In this document: piece by piece, positions 39,913 through 50,210 of the stretch
Position numbering within the stretch: the first letter of the stretch is position 1
Layout: each line of letters opens with the position of its first letter
Assembly (NCBI GenBank): GCA_963748015.1
Contig: CAVVHE010000004.1
Location: 1,248,001-1,312,000, forward strand
DNA length: 64,000 nt
Direction of reading: 5' to 3'
Origin: Terriglobia bacterium
GTDB lineage: Bacteria > Acidobacteriota > Polarisedimenticolia > Polarisedimenticolales > JAIQFR01
Notes under the pieces: generated by a model
Told to the model about the DNA's origin: nothing
Databases searched by the model: none
The model's input: only the letters and a program-made list of their open reading frames with translations
Program-made: the position numbers and the translations under genes

Positions 39913-41001
39913 TCACCTCACCAGGGTTCGAGCGAGCACCTCGACGATGCGCTCGGCCGCGCGGCCGTCCCAGAGCTCGGGGACGCGGCCGGCGGCGGGA
40001 GCGTCCAGCGCCTTGCGGATCGCCTGCCTCACGCCCTCCGGGCGGGTTCCGGCCAGGACGTTCGTCCCCTCCCGGATCGTGACGGGCCGTTCGGTGTTCT
40101 CCCGAAGGGTGACGCACGGAACCCCGAGGACCGTCGTCTCTTCCTGGATGCCGCCGGAATCGGTCAGCACCACGCGCGCGTTGGCCATCAAGCCGAGGAA
40201 TTCGAGGTAGCCGATCGGCTCCAGCAGCCGGAGCCCCCCGTCCTCGCGGACGCCGATGTCCCGGAGCACGCCGCGGGTCCTCGGGTGGACCGGGAACACG
40301 ACGGGCATGCGCGTCGCGAGCTCGAGGATCGGCTCGAGCAGCGGACGGAGGGTCGCGGGATCGTCCACGTTGGACGGGCGGTGCAGCGTCAGCACGCCGT
40401 AGCCCCGGGCCGTCAGGCCCATGCGCGCGGCGGGATCGAGCGCCTCCGCCCTCGCCCGGAAGCGCATCAGCGTGTCGATCATCACGTTCCCGACGAAGTG
40501 GACCTTGGAGCCGTCGACCCCCTCGCGGGACAGGTTCTCGAGGCCGCTGCGCTCGCTGACGAAGAGCCAGTCGGAGATCGAGTCGGTGACGAGCCGGTTG
40601 ATCTCCTCGGGCATGGAGCGGTCGAAGCTCCGGAGTCCCGCTTCGACGTGCGCGACGAGGATTCCGAGCTTCACAGCCACGAGCGAAGCGGCCACGGTGG
40701 AGTTGACGTCCCCCACCACGAGCACCGCGGCCGGCTTCCGCTCCACGAGGACCGGCTCGATCCGCGTCATGACCTCTGCGGTCTGCCGGGCGTGGCTTCC
40801 CGATCCCACGTCCAGACGGATGCGCGGCTCGGGTATCCCGAGCTGCTCGAAGAACAGGTCCGACATCTCCCGGTCGTAGTGCTGGCCGGTGTGAACGAGA
40901 GTCCCCTCGAGCCGGCCGTCCTTGGCGAGCGCCGCCGCGATAGGAGCGATCTTCATGAAGTTGGGCCGGGCGCCGGCCACGAGGATCACTTCGGGTCTCA
41001 C
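39913..41001 (-). CDS. wecB: UDP-N-acetylglucosamine 2-epimerase (non-hydrolysing)
   Basis: VAGARPNFMKIAP, HTGQHYD..MS, VGDVNST, HVEAGLRSFD..MPEEINR, TLHRPSNVD, TDSGGIQEET, RENTERP. Confidence 0.95.
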   Translation of the reverse strand: MRPEVILVAGARPNFMKIAPIAAALAKDGRLEGTLVHTGQHYDREMSDLFFEQLGIPEPRIRLDVGSGSHARQTAEVMTRIEPVLVERKPAAVLVVGDVNSTVAASLVAVKLGILVAHVEAGLRSFDRSMPEEINRLVTDSISDWLFVSERSGLENLSREGVDGSKVHFVGNVMIDTLMRFRARAEALDPAARMGLTARGYGVLTLHRPSNVDDPATLRPLLEPILELATRMPVVFPVHPRTRGVLRDIGVREDGGLRLLEPIGYLEFLGLMANARVVLTDSGGIQEETTVLGVPCVTLRENTERPVTIREGTNVLAGTRPEGVRQAIRKALDAPAAGRVPELWDGRAAERIVEVLARTLVR

Positions 41002-42530
41002 GATGTCGCCTCTTTCTCGGGCGGTCCCGCCGGGGCCGGGCGGTCCGCTGCCGCGGCCGCCAGGATGCCCACGAGCGTCGCGAACAGAGCTCCGACGGCG
41101 GGAATCTGGAGGTTGAAGTCCACGCTGGTGTGAACCAGCATCGCGAAGATCGCCGCGCCCACGCCGACCGTGGTCCACCTGCGGGCGGCCGGGGCCGGGT
41201 CGAACGCCGGGAGGACCACCTTCGAGATGAAGAGCGCCAGGAAGGCGAGGAGGAGCAGGAGTCCCACCGCGCCGGTCTCGGACAGCAGCTGCAGGTAGTC
41301 GTTGTGGGCCTCGGCCCAGATCTGCCACTCCCCTTCCCGCTGGTACGACACGAAGGCCCACTGGAACGTGCCGAGTCCGGTGCCGGTGAGCGGGTAGTCG
41401 AAAACGACGTCCATCGTCTTCGCCCATGCGTCGAGACGCAGCGCGAGCGAGCCGTCCTGCGCCACCGAGACGTGGGGGGTCATGCGCGCGCCGGGGAAGA
41501 CGTGGCCGATCATCCCGGCGCACAGCCCGACCGCGATCACGCCGACGAAGGCCGTCGCGATCCAGCGCTTGCCGAGGGTTTTCCCGGCGAACAGAAAGAG
41601 GATCCCGGAGACCAGCCCGAGCCAGGCCCCTCTCGACCCCGAGAGGTAAAGGCCGACGACCGACACGCCCGCAAGGACGCCCAGGACCAGAAGACGCGGC
41701 TGGATCCAGGTCCGCTCGAGGACGGCGAGACGGATTCCTCGGCGATCGAGACGCCCGGTCGGACGGCTCGCGAGCGCCAGCGCGAGGCCCGCGAGGACCA
41801 TGAGCCCGAGCACCACGTATCCACCCAGGTGATCCGGATTCACGAACGGGCCGAGAGGCCGCGAGTCGGATGGTCTCTGCCTCAGCCACAGCACCTTGTC
41901 GCTTCCCGATAGCCGGTGCAGGAAGGCGACGAGCGCCACCGTCCCCGACCACCCCCCCGTCACCCAGAGCAGCCGGTAGCGCGAGAACTCGTTCCGCGAG
42001 AGACGCGCGGCGACGGCGACGAAAGCGAGCATCGTCACCCATGCCAGGATCGCGCGCCGCGTCCCGTAGGGGTAGATCGAGAGGGTCCGTCCCACCAGGG
42101 GGTCGCCGGCGTCCGCAGCGCCCTTCGGCGCGGCCGCGCCGTCCGCGACCGTCACCCCTTCGGCGCGTGCCTTGGCGAGCAGCCAGCCGGGGAGGGCCTC
42201 GCCGCCGCCGGCAGGAACGGTCCGGGCATAGGCCGTCGCCGCTTTCGGGGAAAGCGCTCGCAGGATGCCCGGCGAGAGCGGGACGAGTTGGAGACCGGCC
42301 CAGACCAGCAGCGCCGCTCCCGGGATCAGGACCGCCAAGACGGGTCCGCCGAAGACCCGCCCGGCGGGGCGGCTCCAGAGCACCAGCCCGAGGGCGACGA
42401 GGATGCCGAACCTCAGCCACTCGCCTGCCCACATCTCGACCGCCCCGAAGGCGAACGCGGATCCGCCGAGAAGCAGGGCCAGCACGCCGAAGGCCAGCCA
42501 AGTAGCTGTGTCGCGCTTATGCAACTCCAT
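40998..42530 (-). CDS. O-antigen ligase (WaaL/O-OTase) family protein
   Basis: FGAV..W, GPFVNPDH.GGY, SGSRGAW, R...W.......YPLTGTGLGTF, AHNDYLQLLSETG, HT.VDFNLQIPA. Confidence 0.85.
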   Translation of the reverse strand: MELHKRDTATWLAFGVLALLLGGSAFAFGAVEMWAGEWLRFGILVALGLVLWSRPAGRVFGGPVLAVLIPGAALLVWAGLQLVPLSPGILRALSPKAATAYARTVPAGGGEALPGWLLAKARAEGVTVADGAAAPKGAADAGDPLVGRTLSIYPYGTRRAILAWVTMLAFVAVAARLSRNEFSRYRLLWVTGGWSGTVALVAFLHRLSGSDKVLWLRQRPSDSRPLGPFVNPDHLGGYVVLGLMVLAGLALALASRPTGRLDRRGIRLAVLERTWIQPRLLVLGVLAGVSVVGLYLSGSRGAWLGLVSGILFLFAGKTLGKRWIATAFVGVIAVGLCAGMIGHVFPGARMTPHVSVAQDGSLALRLDAWAKTMDVVFDYPLTGTGLGTFQWAFVSYQREGEWQIWAEAHNDYLQLLSETGAVGLLLLLAFLALFISKVVLPAFDPAPAARRWTTVGVGAAIFAMLVHTSVDFNLQIPAVGALFATLVGILAAAAADRPAPAGPPEKEATS

Positions 42531-42581
42531 CCCCCCGGACACCGGCGTCCTCCGCGCGGTTCGCGAAGGCGCGCCGCCGCT

Positions 42582-43625
42582 TCATCGGAGCAAGTCCTCG
42601 CGCCCCCTCGCGCGAAGCGCCTCGACGACCCGCCGCACCTCTTCGGCTCCGCGGCGCGATACGACGAGGAGCGCATCCGGCGTGTCCACGACGACGACGC
42701 CGGGGGCGTCCACGATCGCGACGACCCGGCGCCCCCCGAACACCGCGCTGCCCGGGCTGTCCACGAGGATCGCATCGCCGTTCCCGATTCCCGCCTCTTC
42801 CCGAAGCCTCGCTGCCGCGTCCCACGAGCCGACGTCGTCCCAGCCGGCGTCCAGCGGGACCACCCTGACACCTCTCGCCCGCTCCATCACGGCGTAATCC
42901 ACCGAACGCTTCTCGGCCTTCTGCCACGCGCCCCGCTTCCCGGCGAGGTGCGATTCGACCGGTCCCACGATGCCGGGAGCCACCCGCCGCGCCTCCTCGA
43001 GGAAGCGCGCGGCGCTCCACACGAACATCCCGCCGTTCCAGAGGTACCGAGCGGATCGGACGAAGCGCCGCGCGGCGGGCAAGTCCGGCTTCTCGACGAA
43101 GCGGTCGACGTCCACGGCCTCGCCGCCGGACGGATTCCGAGAGCACTTCAGGTAGCCGAACCCCGTCGCGGGCCTGTCCGGGCGGACGCCCAAGCAGACC
43201 AGCGCGCCGCGCCGCGCGGCGGCGGCCGCCGTGCTCACGCTTCCCGCGAACGCGCGAACGTCCCGAATCGCGTGGTCGGTGGGAAAGAGCCCGACGATCG
43301 CACCGGGGTCGGCCGCCGCTACGGTCGCGCAGGCCAGGGTCACGGCCGGGCCGGTGTCCCTTGGCGTCGGCTCGACGATCAACCGGTCCCGCTTCAGCTC
43401 GGGAAGCGCGCGCCGCACGTCGCGCGCCAGCGCCGCGGGCGCCACGACCCAGATCCGTTCCCGCGACGCGACGCGGAGGGCGCGCCGCCACGTGGCCGCC
43501 AGCAGCGGCTCGGACCCTGCCAGGGGAAGAAACTGCTTCGGACGCCGCGCCCGGCTCAGCGGCCAGAAGCGGGTCCCGCTCCCGCCGGCGAGCAGCACGG
43601 CGTGCAGCTTCCCGGCGTGGGGCAT
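42582..43625 (-). CDS. manC: Mannose-1-phosphate guanylyltransferase (no cupin/PMI domain)
   Basis: LLAGGSGTRFWPLSR..RPKQFL, EP..RDTGPA, P.DH.I, TGFGYL, FVEKPD, WNGGMF, SVDYAVME, GWDDVGSW. Confidence 0.93.
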   Translation of the reverse strand: MPHAGKLHAVLLAGGSGTRFWPLSRARRPKQFLPLAGSEPLLAATWRRALRVASRERIWVVAPAALARDVRRALPELKRDRLIVEPTPRDTGPAVTLACATVAAADPGAIVGLFPTDHAIRDVRAFAGSVSTAAAAARRGALVCLGVRPDRPATGFGYLKCSRNPSGGEAVDVDRFVEKPDLPAARRFVRSARYLWNGGMFVWSAARFLEEARRVAPGIVGPVESHLAGKRGAWQKAEKRSVDYAVMERARGVRVVPLDAGWDDVGSWDAAARLREEAGIGNGDAILVDSPGSAVFGGRRVVAIVDAPGVVVVDTPDALLVVSRRGAEEVRRVVEALRARGREDLLR

Positions 43626-44572
43626 CAGAACGCCTCCCACGTGCGCTCGATCCCCTCGCGGAACCCCACCATGGGCCGGAAGCCCAGGTGCTTCGCGGCA
43701 AGGTCGATGCCGGCGAGGGAGTGCCGGATGTCCCCGGCGCGGGGCGCCTCGTATCGCGTGCGCACGGCGGCGCCGCCGATCTCCGCGACGAGGGCGAGGA
43801 GCCCGTTCAGGCTGATCCTCTCCCCGCAGGCCACGTTGAACGCCTTGCCGAGCGCGTCGTCGCCCGCGCGGGACGCGAGGAGGTTCGCCTCGACGGTGTT
43901 CGCCACGTAGGTGAAGTCGCGGGTCTGCTCGCCGTCGCCGTACACCACCGCCTCGCCGCGCGTCTTTGCCGCGGTGACGAACCGCGGCACGACCGCCGCG
44001 TAGTCGCTCCCGGGGTCCTGGCGCGGCCCGAACACGTTGAAGTAGCGGAGAGAGACCGTCGGCAGGCCGTACAGCGCGTGGAACATCCTGCAGTACGACT
44101 CCGCCGTCAGCTTCTGGAGGCCGTACGGCGAGATCGGCGCCGGGGTCATCGTCTCGACCTTCGGGAGGACCTCGCTCTCCCCGTAGAGGGACGACGAGGA
44201 CGCGAAAACGAACCGCTTCACCCCGGCGTCCCGGGAGGCGACGAGCATGTTCAGCGTACCCGAGACGTTGACCGCGTTGCTCTTGGCCGGATCGAGCACC
44301 GAGCGCTGGACCGAGGGGAACGCGGCCTGGTGGAGGACGAAGTCGACTCCAAGGACGGCCTTCCCGCAGGTGTCGGGATCCCGGACGTCCCCCTCGATCA
44401 GCTCGAACCGGCCCCCTCCGGCCCGCGCCCACGCTTCCGCTTCTTGCAGGTTCTCCCTTCGTCCCGTCGAGAAATCGTCGAGAACGCGGGCGTCTTCTCC
44501 GTTCTTGAGGATGGACTCGACGAGGTTCGAGCCGATGAATCCGGCCCCCCCCGTGACGAGAAAGCGGGCCAT
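43625..44572 (-). CDS. UDP-GlcNAc(A) C4-epimerase, WbpP/TviC-like extended SDR
   Basis: LVTGGAGFIGSN, HQAA.PSVQRS..DP, ASSSSLYG, SPYGLQK, RYFNVFGPRQDP.S.YAAVVP. Confidence 0.9.
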   Translation of the reverse strand: MARFLVTGGAGFIGSNLVESILKNGEDARVLDDFSTGRRENLQEAEAWARAGGGRFELIEGDVRDPDTCGKAVLGVDFVLHQAAFPSVQRSVLDPAKSNAVNVSGTLNMLVASRDAGVKRFVFASSSSLYGESEVLPKVETMTPAPISPYGLQKLTAESYCRMFHALYGLPTVSLRYFNVFGPRQDPGSDYAAVVPRFVTAAKTRGEAVVYGDGEQTRDFTYVANTVEANLLASRAGDDALGKAFNVACGERISLNGLLALVAEIGGAAVRTRYEAPRAGDIRHSLAGIDLAAKHLGFRPMVGFREGIERTWEAF

Positions 44573-44574
44573 GC

Positions 44575-45879
44575 CTACCTCCCCACGCCGGTATAGCGGA
44601 ATCCCCTGCTCCTCATGGCGCCGGGCTCCCAGATGTTCCGGAGGTCCACGACGACCGGCTCCCGCAAGAGTCCCTTGATCCGGTCCACGTCGAGGCCGCG
44701 GAACTGATTCCACTCCGTCGCGACCACGAGCACGTCGGAGCCTTCGGCCACGTCGTACTCGTCCTTGCAGAAGTGGACGCCGGCGTACCCCTTCCCCCGC
44801 GCGATCGCCATCGCGACCGGGTCGTAGGCGCGGACCTTCGCCCCCTCCTCGATCATCTTCTCGAGGATCCCGATCGCGGGGGACTCGCGGAGATCGTCGG
44901 TGTTCGGCTTGAACGCCAGCCCGAGGAGGCCGACGGTGCGTCCCTCGAAGCTCCCTCCGAGCGCGTCCCGCACCTTGGCAACGGCCTTCGGGATCCGCTC
45001 CTCGTTCACCCCGATCACGGCGCTCACGATCTCGAGGTTCATCCCGTTCTCCCGGGCGACCTCGAGGATCGCGCGCGTGTCCTTCGGGAAGCACGAGCCG
45101 CCGTATCCCGGCCCCGGGTGGAGGAACTTCGACCCGATCCGCTTGTCGAGCCCCATTCCCTTCGCCACGGAGTGGACGTCCGCCCCGACCCTCTCGCAGA
45201 GCTCCGCGATCTCGTTGATGAAGGAGATCTTGGTGGCGAGGAAGGCGTTGGACGCGTACTTGATCATCTCCGCGCTGATGACGTTGGTGACGACGACGGG
45301 CGTCTCGATCAGGTAGAGCGGCCGGTAGAGGTCCTTCAGGATCGCCGTGGACATCTCGTCCTCGGTCCCGATCACGACCCGGTTCGGCCGGAGGAAATCC
45401 TCGATCGCCGAACCTTCGCGGAGGAACTCGGGATTCGACGCGACGCTGAACGGGTGGCTCTCGACCCGATGCTTCTCGATCAGCTCGCGGATCATCCGCC
45501 CGGTGCCCGCGGGGACCGTGCTCTTGGTGACGACGACCTTGTACGAGTTCAGGTTTTGCGCCACGGAGACGGCGACGTCCTTCACGAAGGAGAGGTCCGC
45601 GCGGCCGTCGTTCCCCTGCGGGGTGCCGACCGCGATGAACACGACGAGGGCGTTCCGGATCGCGCCGGGCAGGTCGGTGGTGAACTCCAGGCGGCCCGCC
45701 TTGACGTTGCGCTCGACCAACCCGTCGAGCCCCGGCTCGTAGATCGGGATCTCCCCCCTCTTGAGCATGTCGATCTTCGAGGCGTCCTTGTCCACGCAGG
45801 TCACGTGCGTGCCGAATTCGGAGAAGCACGCGCCGGTCACCAGCCCGACGTAACCCGTTCCGACGACTGCGATGTTCAC
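44575..45879 (-). CDS. ugd: UDP-glucose 6-dehydrogenase
   Basis: VVGTGYVGL, PIYEPGL, IAVGTP, KSTVP.GT, NPEFLREGSA, KYASNAFLA.KISF, GYGGSCFPKD, FKPNTDD.RESP. Confidence 0.94.
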   Translation of the reverse strand: MNIAVVGTGYVGLVTGACFSEFGTHVTCVDKDASKIDMLKRGEIPIYEPGLDGLVERNVKAGRLEFTTDLPGAIRNALVVFIAVGTPQGNDGRADLSFVKDVAVSVAQNLNSYKVVVTKSTVPAGTGRMIRELIEKHRVESHPFSVASNPEFLREGSAIEDFLRPNRVVIGTEDEMSTAILKDLYRPLYLIETPVVVTNVISAEMIKYASNAFLATKISFINEIAELCERVGADVHSVAKGMGLDKRIGSKFLHPGPGYGGSCFPKDTRAILEVARENGMNLEIVSAVIGVNEERIPKAVAKVRDALGGSFEGRTVGLLGLAFKPNTDDLRESPAIGILEKMIEEGAKVRAYDPVAMAIARGKGYAGVHFCKDEYDVAEGSDVLVVATEWNQFRGLDVDRIKGLLREPVVVDLRNIWEPGAMRSRGFRYTGVGR

Positions 45880-45889
45880 GCTTGCCTCC

Positions 45890-46855
45890 TCAGCCGCTCG
45901 GCACCGCCGGATCGCGGCGGAACCAGTCCAGGAACAACTCGATCCCCCGGTCGATATCCACTCTCGGCTCCCACTCGAGCTCGGCGCGCGCCCTGGAAAC
46001 GTCGGCCCACGTCCGCTCGACGTCCCCGGGCTGCGGCGGGACGGCCCTGACGCGCGGCGCCACGGACAGACCCTTGGCGATCTTTTCCACGAGATCGCGC
46101 AGCGTCGTGGTGCGCGACCCGCCGAGGTTCCACACATGGTACGCCCTGGAGCGGTCGAGCGCCCTGACGATCCCCTCGACGATGTCCGACACGAAGGTGT
46201 AGTCCCGCGACGTGGAGCCGTCGCCGAACTGCTCGATCTCGCCCCCCGCCGCGAGGATCCTCGCGAACTTGTGGATCGCCATCTCGGGCCGCTGCCTCGG
46301 TCCGAAGACCGTGAAGAAACGCAGGCAGGCGACCGGCGTCCCCGTGAGGTGGTGAAACGTGTAGCAGAGCAGCTCGCCGGCCTTCTTCGTCGCCGCGTAG
46401 GGGGACACCGGGTGGTCCACCGGGTCGGTCTCCGCGAACGGCACCTTCCGGTTGTTCCCGTACACCGACGACGACGACCCGAACAGGAACGATCCCACCC
46501 CGTGGCGGCGGCAGGCCTCGAGCAGGCAGGTCGTCCCGGCCAGGTTCACCGACGTGTACGTCTCGGGGTCGAGGATCGAGGGACGGACCCCCGCCCTCGC
46601 GGCGAGATGGACGACCGCGTCGAACGGCTCCGACCCGAGCAGGCGGTCGAGGAGGTCCCGGTCGCGGATGTCCCCCTCCACGAGGCGGAACTCCGGCGAC
46701 CGGCCCGCGGCCGCGAGATTGCGGCGCTTGACCGCCGGGTCGTAGAACGGGTCGAAGTTGTCGAGAACCACCACGCGCCGGCCGTCGCCGAGCAGCCGTT
46801 CCGCGAGGTGCGAGCCGATGAAACCCGCCCCGCCGGTGACGAGAGTGCTTCCCAT
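45890..46855 (-). CDS. UDP-glucuronate 4-epimerase-like extended SDR
   Basis: VTGGAGFIGSH, DNF..FYDP..K..N, HLAARAGVRPS, SPYAATKKAGE, RFFTVFGPRQRPEMA. Confidence 0.9.
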   Translation of the reverse strand: MGSTLVTGGAGFIGSHLAERLLGDGRRVVVLDNFDPFYDPAVKRRNLAAAGRSPEFRLVEGDIRDRDLLDRLLGSEPFDAVVHLAARAGVRPSILDPETYTSVNLAGTTCLLEACRRHGVGSFLFGSSSSVYGNNRKVPFAETDPVDHPVSPYAATKKAGELLCYTFHHLTGTPVACLRFFTVFGPRQRPEMAIHKFARILAAGGEIEQFGDGSTSRDYTFVSDIVEGIVRALDRSRAYHVWNLGGSRTTTLRDLVEKIAKGLSVAPRVRAVPPQPGDVERTWADVSRARAELEWEPRVDIDRGIELFLDWFRRDPAVPSG

Positions 46856-46906
46856 CGTAAGTGCCCGAGCTCCCCGGCCGCCCCTCGGAACGGCCGCGGG
46901 CCTCGA

Positions 46907-48226
<1,320 letters not shown>

Positions 48227-48286
48227 CACGAGGGAACTCCTTTCCCGATGCCCGTCCGGAGGGACCTTTCGGGCCGGGAAGTGAAG

Positions 48287-48315
48287 AATCTATCCGACTT
48301 CCTGGATCCCGCCAA
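48287..48315 (-). promoter_or_regulatory. Putative sigma70 promoter TTGGCG-N17-TAGATT heading the nucleotide-sugar operon
   Basis: Hexamers at 48315-48310 and 48292-48287, followed by a hairpin-forming leader and an AAAGGAG RBS. Confidence 0.5.
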
Positions 48316-48323
48316 GGGACCGA

Positions 48324-49472
48324 TCAGGGAGAAGGGGCCTTCTTCTCGGCCTCTTCCTTCTCCTGCGCTTCCTCGGATTCCTCGATCCCCTTCTTCTGGT
48401 AGTGCCTCATCAGCCAGCGGGCGAACTTGCTGTCGTTGGTTCCGGCGACCACCTCTTCCATCCCGTCGTAGAGGACCCGCTCGTTGACGAGGGCCCCGAG
48501 CGTTCCCTGCCCGGAGTTCACCTTGCCGGTGATCTCGGATAGGTTGCGGAGCGTCGCTCTGAGGTCCGCGGCGATCGCGTTCGAGTACTCCGTGTCGTTG
48601 AGCAGTTTCCCGAAGAAGCCGTCCTTGGATTCCAGCTTCGTCGCCACCCGCTTGAGCGCGGCCGACGCATCGCGGAGCTCCGACACCGCCTGCTCCCCCG
48701 TCCCGCCCTTGTCGATCAGCGCGCCGATCGCTCCTTCCCTGCGCGCGATCGCGTCGAGGATGGACGACAGGTCGTGGATCGCCTTCGACAGCTCGCCGGC
48801 GCTCCCCGCCATCGCCGGATCGGAGAGCCACTTTCCCGCGAAACTCTCGCCCTTGCGGATCCGGCCGGTGATCGCCTCGAGGTTGTCGAGCGTCGCCTTG
48901 AGGTGCGCGAGGCTCTCCGTCCCGAACTCGGGATCCTGGATCGCCTGGCCGAGCAGCCCTTTGCCTTCCTGGAGCGGGCCGAGGATCCCCTTGAGCGAGA
49001 TCGTGATCTCGTTGAGGTTCTCCGCGATGTCGGCACCCTTCTGGAGGAAAGGCTGCTCCGAGACCACCGGAATCGCGCTCCCCTCGGCGAGGATGGCGCG
49101 CGTCGAGTCCCCGGGGGCGACCTCCACGTACTTCTCCCCCGACAGCCACTGCAGGTACTTGAGCTCGGCCATGGATCCCTCGCGTACCCTCATGGCGTAC
49201 GCGGACTCGATCCCGAGCTCGGCCTCGATCCCGCTGGCGGTCGGGTCGGTGGGAAGGTGGATCTCGGTCACGGTGCCGACCTGCACGCCTGCGATCTTGA
49301 CGGGCGAGCCGACCCGCAGCCCCTCCGTGTTCGGGAAGAGCACGCGGAAGTGCGCTTTCCGGCTGAAGAGACGCGACTGCCCGCCGACCGACATGATCGT
49401 GACGCCCAGGACCAGCAGCGCCAGGGCGGCGAGCGCCCCCACCGACAGGTCCCTCATCGGGCGCTTAGACAT
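48324..49472 (-). CDS. mlaD: MCE/MlaD family lipid-transport protein with long helical C-terminal repeats
   Basis: N-terminal TM, GLRVGSPVKIAGVQVG.V..I, LSGEKYVEV.PG, repeated G..G.LI.D motifs. Confidence 0.9.
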   Translation of the reverse strand: MSKRPMRDLSVGALAALALLVLGVTIMSVGGQSRLFSRKAHFRVLFPNTEGLRVGSPVKIAGVQVGTVTEIHLPTDPTASGIEAELGIESAYAMRVREGSMAELKYLQWLSGEKYVEVAPGDSTRAILAEGSAIPVVSEQPFLQKGADIAENLNEITISLKGILGPLQEGKGLLGQAIQDPEFGTESLAHLKATLDNLEAITGRIRKGESFAGKWLSDPAMAGSAGELSKAIHDLSSILDAIARREGAIGALIDKGGTGEQAVSELRDASAALKRVATKLESKDGFFGKLLNDTEYSNAIAADLRATLRNLSEITGKVNSGQGTLGALVNERVLYDGMEEVVAGTNDSKFARWLMRHYQKKGIEESEEAQEKEEAEKKAPSP

Positions 49473-50208
49473 AGCCCCCTCCCTGGAGGAAGTTGCGGAG
49501 CAGCGGCTCGCGCGCTTCCCGCGCCTCGGCCGTCGTGCCGTGAAAGCGGATCACCCCGTCGTGGAGGAACGCGATACGGTTCCCCACCGACAGCGCGGAG
49601 TGGATGTCGTGGGTGACCACGATGGAGGTGATCCCGAGCCTCTCCTGCAGGCTCCGGATCAGCTCGTTGATGGTGTTCGCGGTGATCGGGTCGAGGCCCG
49701 TCGTCGGCTCGTCGTACAGGACGGCACGGGGCGCGAGGACGATCGCGCGCGCCAGCGCGACGCGCTTCCTCATGCCGCCCGACAGGTCGGACGGCATGAG
49801 GTCGTCGACACCCTCGAGCTCGACGAGCGCGAGCACTTCGCTCACCCTCTCCCTCACCCGGTCCTCGTCCCAGTCCGTGTGCTCGCGGAGCGCGAACGAC
49901 ACGTTGTCGTACACCGTCATGGAGTCGAACAGCGCGCCGGCCTGGAAGAGGAACCCGACCTTCTTGCGGGTCTCGATCATCTCGTCCTCGTCCAGCCGCG
50001 TGACCTCGGTGCCGTCCACCCAGACCTCGCCGCGGTCGGGCCGGTGCAGGCCGATGGTGTGCCGGATGAGAACCGACTTCCCGGATCCCGACCCGCCGAG
50101 CACGACGAGCGTCTCCCCCTGCGCCACCTCGAGGTCCACGCCGCAGAGAACCGCCTTGGGCCCGAAGGCCTTGTGGAGATCGACGTAGCGGATGAACGGT
50201 TGGCTCAC
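49465..50208 (-). CDS. mlaF: MCE system ABC ATP-binding protein
   Basis: GGSGSGKS, GFLFQAGALFDSMTV..NV, LSGGMRKRV, LYDEPTTGLDP, VVTHD. Confidence 0.93.
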   Translation of the reverse strand: MSQPFIRYVDLHKAFGPKAVLCGVDLEVAQGETLVVLGGSGSGKSVLIRHTIGLHRPDRGEVWVDGTEVTRLDEDEMIETRKKVGFLFQAGALFDSMTVYDNVSFALREHTDWDEDRVRERVSEVLALVELEGVDDLMPSDLSGGMRKRVALARAIVLAPRAVLYDEPTTGLDPITANTINELIRSLQERLGITSIVVTHDIHSALSVGNRIAFLHDGVIRFHGTTAEAREAREPLLRNFLQGGGYV

Positions 50209-50210
50209 GG

